A program made the position numbers and the translations under genes. Positions 52,717 through 64,000 of a DNA stretch of 64,000 nucleotides are shown here, one piece after another. The stretch comes from Octopus sinensis (lineage: Eukaryota), in the NCBI RefSeq assembly GCF_006345805.1, contig NC_043001.1, forward strand, positions 11,284,001-11,348,000, read 5' to 3'. The notes below the pieces were generated by a model, which was given only the letters and a program-made list of their open reading frames with translations, did not search any database and was not told the origin of the DNA. How positions within the stretch are numbered: position 1 is the first letter of the stretch; each line of letters begins with the position of its first letter.

Positions 52717-53869
52717 CGTGATCTAGTAATCTCAAGATTAATCAGCCGAAATTACTACGATGATCCGGCTCTTGACTGAAGACTGAGGGTTTCGAATGTC
52801 CTGTCCGTGTTTATTGTATCGTCTTCTAAGAGTTAAACGTTCTTGTCCATGTTGTATTTTTCTACATACCTTATTATATATATATATATTTATATTCACC
52901 CGGAGACAAAGCTATATCATTGCCATTTCCTTGTGAAACATACCTGTATACGCAACTAGCACGAGTACATCTTTATATTCCCTAATCATTAGCTAAAAAA
53001 AAAAACAATTTATATCTATCGTTTTCCCACCCCCAGTGGGAAAGCTTTAGAAATTTTGAATCGTAATTTTTCATAAGAATTATCTAAAAATATTTCTTCT
53101 GAATCTTTATGCGCAGAATTATGCGTTTAGCTATTTTTGATGTAGCCACATCAACAGTTAACATTTTTGCAGCAGGATATATAAGGAATATTTTTTATAG
53201 AATTTTTTTTTGTAAATTACATACTTTTTACACTTTGCTATGTGATTATATCTTGAATCTAATAATTCACATCATGTCGTTTCCATCTTGTCTAAGACTC
53301 AAATAGAACTATAATTGGTTTGAAGATCGGGAATGGGAAATAAGGAATCTCGCAGATAAACGCGAATAAATTTATGTCTACATAACTTAAATCTACGAGG
53401 CCTTCCCTTTGCTTAAATGCCACTCCCATCTCCTTCAAAATACCAGCCATGGGGCGCTATTCAGTACCAGCATTGCTAGAAATAATAGTCCAAACAAGCC
53501 ATAGCCACAATAAGCACCATCTTATTGTTTGACAAGGGAGGCAACTCCCTAAGCACCTGTCATAGCCAGATCATCAGTGATTTCTTAGATCTATTGCTTG
53601 TCAGTGGCTCTTACCGGCGTTTTGGGTGAAACTCAACTTGCCTTGTCAGCTTATAAGCTCACCGCTTATTCATACGCTGATTTCATAAATGGTAAAGGTG
53701 TAAATTAAAAAAAATGAGGGTGGCTTGTTAGCAATTATTCAACCGAAAATCAAAAATATATACGTCACTAAAGCGGCTGAGGACGCTATTCAACACCAGT
53801 ATGGCTAGAAATAAGAATAAAAAACAACTCATATATACATACATATATACATACATATATATATATACA

Positions 53870-53902
<33 letters not shown>

Positions 53903-53921
53903 GTACGTATATATATATATA

Positions 53922-54292
53922 TACTTTTATTCTTTTAATATTTTACTTGTTTCACTCATCTGACTGCGGCCATGCTCCAGCGCCGCCTTTAGTCGAACAA
54001 ATCGACCACAGGACTTATTCTTTGTAAGCCTAATACTTAATCTATTGGTCTTTATTCCGTAACTGCTAGGTTACGGGGAGGTAAATACACCAACATCGGT
54101 ACTCAAGCGATGGTGGGAGTACAAACACAGACGTGAGCACTCACTCTCTCTCTCTCTCACACACACACACACATATACAACGGGCTTCTTTCAGTTTCTG
54201 TCTACCAAATCCATTCACAAGGCTTTGATCGACCCAGGGTGCCAGACTGTGGGACGGAACGCAGAACCATGTGGTTAAGCAGCGAGCTTCTT
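53922..54292 (-). mobile_element. SINE family A (degenerate)
   Basis: Reverse complement of tail and middle. Confidence 0.75.
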
Positions 54293-54545
54293 TTATTCAT
54301 TTATTCATTCAATTGGCCACAATTGGCCTTAGAAAGAAAGGAAGCTGCGGGCTGGACAAGGACATAATGAGATGAAATGATATACGATATGGTAATAATG
54401 AGGACAACAGCAACGCCCACCGATTTCTGTGGTAAGAAGCAAGCCTGCGCCTAATATAAACTTTTTCTACCTCTAACGCGACATGAACCCATAATCCCCA
54501 GCTTAGAAAGCCGATGTCTTATCCACTGGGCAATATATATATATG

Positions 54546-54730
54546 CCGGTGGCACGTAAAAAGCACCCACTATACTCTCGGAGTGGTTGGCGTCAGGAAG
54601 GGCATCCAGCTGTAGAAACTCTGCCAGATCAAGATTGGAGCCTGGTGCAGCTATCTGGTTTGCCAGCCCTCAGTCAAAATCGTCCAACCCATGCTAGCAT
54701 GGAAAGCGGACGTTAAACGATGATGATGAT
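54546..54730 (+). mobile_element. SINE 3' part with (GAT)n tail (RTE-type tail, by recall)
   Basis: GGTTGGCGTCAGGAAGGGCATCCAGC central motif; CCAACCCATGCTAGCATGGAAAGCGGACGTTAAACGATGATGATGA end. Confidence 0.6.
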
Positions 54731-55481
54731 TTGAAAAAGAAAAAGTGAATAGAAATGACAATGGTAAATCGAATGTATGGATCTGGCAAAAAGGAAAATA
54801 TAATTCAAATAAGACAAAGAAACAATTTAGCCCATCTTAAATGACCATTTACAAGTGTTTCGGTACCACCCTGTTGCTTGCGACACTGCACTCAAATGTT
54901 CCATGTGAAAAATTGGTCAAACATGCATCAAAAACTGCGATCTTACATCGTACGTCTGTCATGCATAGCGTATCATTGAAATTTCGATATAAACCAAATC
55001 ACAGGGACTTTCCTCAAAAATGCAATAAACTTCCATGGGAAACTATTAGCGGATCCTGAGTAACGGTATGACCATTTACAGCTGGGGTGTATTAGACATT
55101 AGGTATTTTGCAGATCAATACATCTTTCCAAGACGAGGGCCATGTGATGTGAAGAAGCGTGACGCGACTAATATTGTTGATTTTAGCTTGTGATTATTGT
55201 ATTTTCTTCAAGCGCTTCAATAGTCTTAGAGAACAGCTACTAATTATAATTTCCATTTAGGGTAATTATACAAATTAGTAGACTCGAAAAAAAAGCATGT
55301 TTTCTTAGTCTGTGCAACTAAGTATGAATAACATGTTTATCTACTTTGATTAAACATACAGACAACGAAATACACACAAGAGAGGACATGCATATACTAC
55401 GACACACAGACCATCGAATACGTGTGTGTGCGTATGTATATATAAATATATCTCTGTCTGTTTGTGTCTCTCTCTTTGTGC

Positions 55482-55522
<41 letters not shown>

Positions 55523-55545
55523 TATATATACACATATATATATAC

Positions 55546-55620
<75 letters not shown>

Positions 55621-56355
55621 TATATTTATTTATATGTTTGTGAAATAAAATGTAGATAATGCAGACATGACTTGAGTGACGTGAGAAAAAGTAAACAATC
55701 TCAGAGAAATACATACTATATTTATAGATTTCTAGCATCGTGATATGTAGAATATGAAAACAAGAAATTTTGCCTAAATCTACTTTGGACGGAAACGGTA
55801 TTTAAAAAAAGAAATACATGAAAATAAATAGAAATTGAAAACAAAAACCATAAGACAAATGGAAGAAAAACACTTCGGCATTAGAAGGAAAAGTACATTT
55901 GGTTGGATAGAATAAATTCATCAAAATATATGGCATAAGATGAGATTGGAATATATAATCACACACATACACGCACGTACACACGCACGTACGCACGCAC
56001 GTACGCACGCACGTACTTATATGACATTTTGTGTGATTTATATAGTTTCCATTTTATCATTTTTTTCCCCGATCGCCAACGCATCACGACAAGATCGTAG
56101 ACATTAGGAGTATTTATTTATCTAAAGATTGTATAGTGTCGTACAAGAATTCTGGGAATATAAATTCTGAAATTCTGAAATACCCTTAAGCGGTTCTAAG
56201 TTGTTGGAAATATATAAAATGTGTCTATGTGTGTGTTTGTGTGATGAATATATATATATATATTCATCACAGAGAGATATATATATACACATACATATAT
56301 ATGTATATATTCACTCACATGTATATGAAAATATCTATGTGCCACATCAAGATGC

Positions 56356-56433
<78 letters not shown>

Positions 56434-56738
56434 GATGTATATATATATATATATTCGCATATATATATTTACGCATTTATGTATATATTCACGTATGCAT
56501 GTATATATGTATATATATATATATATATAAGTTCAGCAAAATTTAGATTCAAATGAATATGGTACTTAAGTTAGATGCACCAGAATTTTGTATGGTATTA
56601 TCCATATAAATCCATGGGGTGGTTATAATTAAAATAAGCAACAATAATAACTTGTAATACTAACAAACATTTAATAAAAGGATGTAACGTGAAACGATCG
56701 TACCAAATTACCAAAGTTATTCTTGTTGCTTTATTTTG

Positions 56739-56787
<49 letters not shown>

Positions 56788-57019
56788 ATATTATAATATA
56801 TACATATATACATATTATATACATATACATATATATATAAAATAAGGAAATGAAGAAAATGCTGACAAATAATTTAGTAAGGGTAGAGGGTATTTAATTA
56901 GGTGAAAGTTCTTTTCCGGTTGTGCATTTGTTATGCTTATCAAAAGATATTTTTTAAGAGAGATAGAGTTCCTTTCTGATAGATTTTTTTCTATATATGT
57001 ATATACATATATAATATAC

Positions 57020-57054
<35 letters not shown>

Positions 57055-57104
57055 ATATATATATATATATTATATATACAATATATATACATCTATGAAT
57101 GTAT

Positions 57105-57151
<47 letters not shown>

Positions 57152-57236
57152 ATATATATATATATATATATGTATGTATATAATGATATATATATATTAT
57201 ATATATATATATATATCTATATATATTATATATATA

Positions 57237-57297
<61 letters not shown>

Positions 57298-57533
57298 ATG
57301 CGTAAAATGTTAATATCAATGGAGGAATAATGAAAGCCAATTAAACATTTTCTGATACAAAACTGAAAGCAGATTATGGAGGTAGATAATTATTGGCAGC
57401 CATTTGTGTTTCTAACATCACCACTCAGACTCTCACACACGTATGTATCTACGTATATAACGTACATACATACATAATACATACATACATACATGCATAC
57501 ATACATACATACATACATACATACATACATACA

Positions 57534-57566
<33 letters not shown>

Positions 57567-57978
57567 TTATATAACAAAGTGAAGTTGCAAGGTATCGCAC
57601 GAGTGAAAATTTATATGAAAGAAGCTTTGAAAATGCAATTTTAAAGATGTTTATTCACTTGACCGGTTTCACTTTTTAAAAAAATATTGTCAAAAGTAAA
57701 ATGTAAAGCTTTGTATAAACTTTGTTGTGTTAAGTACTGGTTGTCACAAAAGTATTAAAATACATATATACATTCTTTGATAATAATAAGAAAATGTTAG
57801 AAACAGTTTACAAGGAAATATCTTGAGAAAATATTAAACAAAAAGTTCAATAAAAATATTAGGAGTCCATTAAAAATCATGCGTGTTTGGAAGTATCTAT
57901 ATACATACACAGAAAAGTATTCGGAGTTCAAAAAAAGTCATATTTGGTAGTATATATATATACACAGAAGGAGATATT

Positions 57979-58196
57979 ACTCTTTACTCTTTTACTCTTT
58001 TACTTGTTTCAGCCACTTGACTGCGGCCATGCTGGAGCACCGCCTTTAGTCGAGCAACTCGACCCCGGGACTTATTCTTTTTGTAAGCCCAGTACTTATT
58101 CTATCGGTCTTTTTTTGCCGAACCGCTAAGTGACGGGGACGTAACACACCAGCATCAGTTGTCAAGCAATGCTAGGGGAACAACACAGACACACAA

Positions 58197-58264
<68 letters not shown>

Positions 58265-58425
58265 GACAGGCTTCTTTCAGTTTCCGTCTACCAATCCACT
58301 CACAAGGCATTGGTCGGCCCGGGGCTATAGCAGAAGACACTTGCCCAAGATGCCATGCAGTGGGATTGAACCCGGAACCATGTGGTTGGTTAGCAAGCTA
58401 CTTACCACACAGCCACTCCTGCGCC
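57979..58425 (-). mobile_element. SINE family A, full length
   Basis: Reverse complement of head and tail. Confidence 0.9.
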
Positions 58426-58912
58426 TGTAGGATATATGTAGGAGTTTACAATGAATTTGAGATGAGCTGACCTGTTTCAGCCTTTTTTTATTTTTTGTGA
58501 AGCTAAGGGTTGTTTGCTATTTTAAGGGACAGTGTGGGAGGTTGGTTGGGGTGGGGTAAGGAAGAGCAATGTGGAATTGAAAGGATGGAGGGAAGTCATA
58601 GATAATCAGGTAAAGTACATTGATGATTAAATTTCTATTGAATATAACATTCGATCACTTGTTTCCTTTATTCAAAATCCGAACAGAAATTATGGGATGA
58701 CCTGATATATGCATATGCGTTGTAATTGCGCTCCAAGATCATGTCAAACAACTCCATAAACTCTCGCTTCCACACTGCTACTTCATTTGTCTGTGCACCA
58801 ATTCATTTAACCTTGTTCCTCATTCTTTTCTACCTTCCTACGAACTTCTACTCAGCCCTTACTCTAGTGAACGCACTAACCCAAATAACTTCGCTCTTAT
58901 ACTTGTTAATAC

Positions 58913-59205
58913 GGAGGCGCAATGTCCCAGTTGTTGAGGATCGCGGTTTCGATTCCCAGACCGGGCGTTGTGTGTTTTTATTGAGCGAAAACATCTAAAG
59001 CTCGACGAGGCTCCAGCGACCCCCTGTTGTACTCTTTCGCCCCAAATTTCTCTCACTCTTTCTTCCTGTTTCTTGAGTAACGCAGCGATGGACTGGCGTC
59101 CGGGTCAGCTGGGAGTGGGGGACACATACGCCACAGAAACTGGGAAACCGGGCCCATGACCCTTGCTAGGCTTGAAAAGGGCGCATTGATAAATAAATAA
59201 ATAAA
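58913..59205 (+). mobile_element. tRNA SINE with family-F head and V-domain-like centre
   Basis: Head as at 11362; GCAGCGATGGACTGGCGTCC resembles the V-SINE domain (from memory); (TAAA)n tail. Confidence 0.65.
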
Positions 59206-59337
59206 CTTGCTAATACCACACGGAAATCCAAATTACCTGCGATTTTCGTCTGCCCCAACAGCTGAATGATCCTCGTTTGCTACAGATATATTTTTGTTCA
59301 ATTTATCAAAGCATGTTCAAAGACATACTAACTCTGG

Positions 59338-59562
59338 ACGAATACCTATTACTACCTACAAGGGGCTAACCCCAGTGACGACAAACAAGGACAGACAAAT
59401 GGATTAAGTCGATTACATCGACTCCAGTGCGTAACTGGTACTTAATTTATCGACTCCGAAAGGATGAAAGGCAAAGTCGACCCCGGTGGAATTTGAACTC
59501 AGATGAAATACGGCTACGCATTTCGTCCGGCGTGCTAACGATTCTGCCAGCTCGTCGCCTTT
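59338..59562 (-). mobile_element. SINE family B
   Basis: Reverse complement of core and head. Confidence 0.8.
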
Positions 59563-59573
59563 AAAATATATTG

Positions 59574-59646
59574 TGCCCAACGTGGGGCTCGAACCCACGA
59601 CTCCGAGATTAAGAGTCTCGTGCTCTACCGACTGAGCTAGCCGGCG
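59574..59646 (-). tRNA. tRNA-Lys(CTT) gene or pseudogene (acceptor stem has a 1-nt defect)
   Basis: GCCGGCTAGCTCAGTCGGTAGAGCACGAGACTCTTAATCTCGGAGTCGTGGGTTCGAGCCCCACGTTGGGCA: intact D, anticodon and T arms; TTTT terminator ~8 nt downstream. Confidence 0.85.
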
Positions 59647-59846
59647 TAAGATACGTATAAGGCTACAGGCATTCTTGTTTATGTCTCAATTCTATTTAGT
59701 CTCATACACACACACACACACACATTTATACCCGTATTTTTGCATGTATGCACATACACAACCAATGTAACCATACACATGCGCGCACATATACACAGTG
59801 GGTGTGTTTGATAGTTAAGAATATATGTTTTGATACATGATTGTGA

Positions 59847-60178
59847 TGGTTCAGTGCATAGAGCGTCGAGCTTACGATCGCGAGGTTATGAGTTCGAATT
59901 CCGGACCGAGCTGTGTGTTGTGTTCTTGAGCAAGACACTTTATTTCACGTTGCTCCAGTTCACTCAACTGTAGAAATGAGTTGCGACGTCACAGGTGCCA
60001 AGCTGTATCGGCCCCTTTGCCTTTCCCTTGGATAACACTAGTGGCGTGGAGAGGGGAGGCCGGTATGCATGGGCGACTACTGGTCTTCCATAAAACAATC
60101 TTGCCTGGACTTGTGCCTGGGGGGGGGGGACTTCCTAGGTGCAATCCCATGGTCAGTCATGACCGAAGGGGTTCTCAG
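59847..60178 (+). mobile_element. CORE-like tRNA SINE with a different 3' half from family E
   Basis: GAGTTCGAATTCC, CTTGAGCAAGACACTTTATTTCACGTTGCTCCAG. Confidence 0.75.
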
Positions 60179-60544
60179 CAGATGGACGTTTTCAATAGTT
60201 TAATATGCACATACACACACACCTACATATACTTCAAACTGCCAGTCGAACACCTTTCTACTGACGGTTCCTCTACGCACATGTGAAGAGATACACAACT
60301 CCACAAAAGACCACCACTCCTCTTGCCATGCTGCTGAACATTAAGAGACACAAAGTCTCTGCAACATTAAGAGACACAAAGTCCACTCATACATACACAT
60401 ATAAACAGCCAACACCGTACAAACACCACACACAGCAACACACACATACACACGCACACATGCTATTAAACACACACACAAACTTGCACGCACGCACATA
60501 CCCACACATACACACAGATACCTCCTTCTCTTACACTCTCCTGT

Positions 60545-61200
<656 letters not shown>

Positions 61201-61528
61201 AAGGAGCGTTTAAGTATTCGAAGATTAAAAACCTGAAACCTATATCTGTGACTTTTTAATTAATTACTTGTCATCTTATCCAGCAGGCTTAATCAAATTT
61301 TATTTATAATATTTCTTAATTCAAAAGTTTCTTTTTTTTCCCCTGCAAGCTATCATACAATAGAAATTTAAACATTTTCAACCACCTGAAATCAGACGTT
61401 TTTATGTATTCCCCTCTGAGACGTAAAAGAAGGTCACACGCTTAACATTTGCACAGATATCATTTTAATTTCGCTTTTGTATTTGGTTTTCAAGATTCTT
61501 AATATGAGTTCGTGTATTGAAGCATATT

Positions 61529-61963
61529 CTATTGTGTCTGGGGAGAGTAATTTTCTTTTTGTGCCTTATTCCACGTTTTTCTTATTTTCATTTTCCTAAA
61601 CTTTTCGTTGCGTCTTGCAACCTTTTCAATACATTTGAATCTGTCCGTTATCTACACTGCGTTCCCTGTACATACACAGGCAAACACACACATACATACA
61701 TACGTACATGCATGCATGTATAGGCACACACACCCACACACACACACACACACACACAGACACACTGGCCCACACACATGCGCACAAATAAACAAAAGGG
61801 AATGCAGTGTAAATAACGGACAGAGTCAAAACTATTGAAAAGGTTGCAAGACACAATGAAAATTTTATAGGAAAATAAAAATAAGAAAAACTTGGAAATT
61901 TTACCGGTGAGTGTGTTACATAATAAGGCACAAAAAGAAAATGACTCTCCCCAAACACAATAG
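61529..61963. repeat. Foldback: inverted arms 61529-61666 and 61798-61963 around a CA-rich spacer
   Basis: CTATTGTGT.TGGGGAGAGT.ATTTTCTTTTTGTGCCTTATT...CTGTCCGTTAT.TACACTGC.TTCCC present in both orientations. Confidence 0.85.
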
Positions 61964-62112
61964 GATTTTAATATTATCTAGATTTACCAGATATGTTGTG
62001 ACAGTAAAGTGTTATGCTTGATACAGAAACGGCGGAACAAGGTTTGCGATAAAACTATTGTGAGAAGTCGGTGAGGAAGATAAAAGGATTTAAAGTTGTC
62101 CTTTAAGAACAC

Positions 62113-62242
62113 ACTCTTTTATTCTTTTACTTGTTTAAGTCATTTGACTGTGGCCATGCTGAAGCACCGCCTTTAGTCGAGCAAATCGACCCCAGGACAT
62201 ATTCTTTGTATGCCTAGTACTTATTCTATCGGTCTCTTTTTT
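62113..62242 (-). mobile_element. SINE family A 3' fragment
   Basis: Reverse complement of tail. Confidence 0.8.
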
Positions 62243-62514
62243 TGTAAAGGGATTTTTAAAAGTTTTGGTCCATTACATTTTATTCTGAGAGTATCACAAT
62301 ATATTCTGATAACGCTAATGAAATTAATATCCAGCTCTGTAATCCTAGCACATCTATTAAAGGCAAATTAGATAGATAGGCCTAGATAGAAGAGGTCAAA
62401 CAAACGCATTGTGGCCAGCTTACTTTGAAATTAATAAATGTCTCTCCTAAAAATTTTGGAATGCATCTTGTAGTTAAGCAATTGGTTTTATGATCTTTTC
62501 AATTGATGCGAAGA

Positions 62515-63575
62515 GTTTAAATGTAAGAGCCATTAACACCAGATCATTCTTCAATTAAATTATATGATATAACATACCTTCCAGTTTAATAGTTAGAACC
62601 GATATTGCCAGATCCTTCTTAATCTTAAACCATATGGTAAAAACTTCCTCTCAGATTAAGCATTGACACCAATATTGCCAGTACTGCTAATACTAAAATC
62701 TAGTTATAACCCAATTTTCGATTGTGAACATCAGAACTAATCTACTCAGGCCCTTCCTAACTAAAACTATATGGTATAATCATCCGTTTAGGTTAAACAT
62801 TAGAAACAATTATGTAAGATCTTTAATTAAACTATATTGTACCATCTTTTTTCGGTGCAAAATAACTGATAATACCAAATTATTCCTAAATTAAAATTAT
62901 ATGGTATAATCCGCTTTACATTTTAAATCTAAAACCAATACCGACAGATCTTTTCTAAATTAAATCTTATTATATAAACCCCTTTGTAGTATAAACGTTA
63001 CAACTAATATTACCAGATCGGTCCTAAATTGAAACACATGCTATAAACCAACTGTTTGTTTAAACGTAAGACCTAGTTTTGTAGATCCGTCTTAAATTCA
63101 AATCGTTCGTCATAACCTAAATTTTTGTTTAAACGTTAGAACTAACTGCCTGATACATCTTAAACTGTAGCTAAACGTTATAACCCCTTTCAGTTTATCT
63201 GTCTGAATCATTACTGCCACATTCTTCAAAAACTAAAACAATTCTGCATAACCTAACGTTTGGTTTAAATGTTAGATAGAATAATGATCACTTATTCTTA
63301 AATATAAAATATTTTAGCTTAAACGGTAGAAACAGTATTGAAATCCTCTTAAACTAAAACTATACGTTTAATCCACTTAAATGCTAAATGTTAGAACTTA
63401 TATTACCCTATCCTCCCTAATCTTCAAGTGAATCATATAATCCATTTTAATTTTAAACGTTAGAACAAATATCCCCAGATACTTTTAAAACTAAAAGAAA
63501 TGGTATACTACTTATTTTAATTTGAACGTTAGAATCAACATTGCCAGATCGTTCTTAAACTCAAATTCAATGTAA
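62515..63575. repeat. Highly degenerate ~65-72-bp tandem array (about 15 units)
   Basis: Recurrent TTTAAACGTTAGAAC.AATATTGCCAGATC.TTCTTAAA.TAAAA.TAT.TGGTATAA at about 62518, 62585, 62657, 62721, 62791, 62922, 62990, 63059, 63129 and onward. Confidence 0.75.
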
Positions 63576-63587
63576 CTCACGAACAAA

Positions 63588-64000
63588 TACATTATTTACA
63601 TTTGAAGGATATTTGTCCTCATCTTGTTTGTTGTTAACACAACGTTTTGGCTGATATACCCTCCAGCCTTCATCAGGTGTCTTGCGGAAATTTCGAAGCT
63701 GGGTTCTCTTTCCTAAGTTATTTTTCGACGTTGTTGTTGTTGTTGTTAACCATTACGCCATATGTCTGTGGGCATATGGTGTAATCGAACTCGGAATGTT
63801 GGGGTTAAGAGCGCGGGCTATTAACCCCAAGATTCCGAGTTCGATTCAAGGCAGTGACCAAAACAACAATAACAATAGCAACAACAACAACAACAACAGC
63901 AACAACAACAATAATGACAACAACAACAACAACAACAACAGCAGCAACAACAACAAGAACAACATCGAAAAGTACCTTCGGAATGAGAACGCTGGTTCGA
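63588..64000. mobile_element. Head-to-head pair of SINE family C copies (minus 63588-63766, plus 63771 to window end)
   Basis: The minus copy carries the HHR (63636-63681, GAAA changed to AAAA). The plus copy has a 25-bp foldback in its tRNA-like head. Confidence 0.8.

Noticed and set aside
52770-52805. CTGAAGA..TTCGAATGTC in a (TA)n-flanked repeat
   Set aside because: No GAAA and no convincing helix II
56680-56706. GAAACGATCGTA palindromic helix-III-like motif
   Set aside because: No CUGANGA core upstream
62515-63575. CRISPR-like or coding-repeat interpretation of the ~69-bp array
   Set aside because: No identical repeats with unique spacers, no cas genes, eukaryotic context, and stops in the frames tested

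Overview
AT-rich, repeat-saturated, gene-poor eukaryotic DNA. The SINE/LINE families and microsatellite load suggest a cephalopod (Octopus-like) genome; this is inference, not a database result. I find no intact host protein-coding gene, and most ORF-track entries are microsatellite translations. Recognisable content: fragments of Tx1/L1, R4/Dong, CR1 and Penelope-like (Neptune-type GIY-YIG) retroelements, Tc1/mariner remnants, Helentron-like non-autonomous elements, at least six tRNA-headed SINE families, one tRNA-Lys(CTT) gene or pseudogene, and three decayed ORF tracts of unknown origin. The most notable signal is a set of nine hammerhead-ribozyme (HHR)-like motifs in four to five repeat families. 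They include a tRNA-headed SINE with a minimal type I HHR tail found in inverted/foldback arrangements, a C3U/G8A covariant HHR, and a full type I HHR downstream of a Penelope ORF. Other signals: microsatellite-targeted LINEs (TATC and TAA), a CR1-SINE pair sharing a 3' stem-loop, 184-bp SINE multimers and many foldback inversions. Repeat boundaries were read by eye and are approximate.
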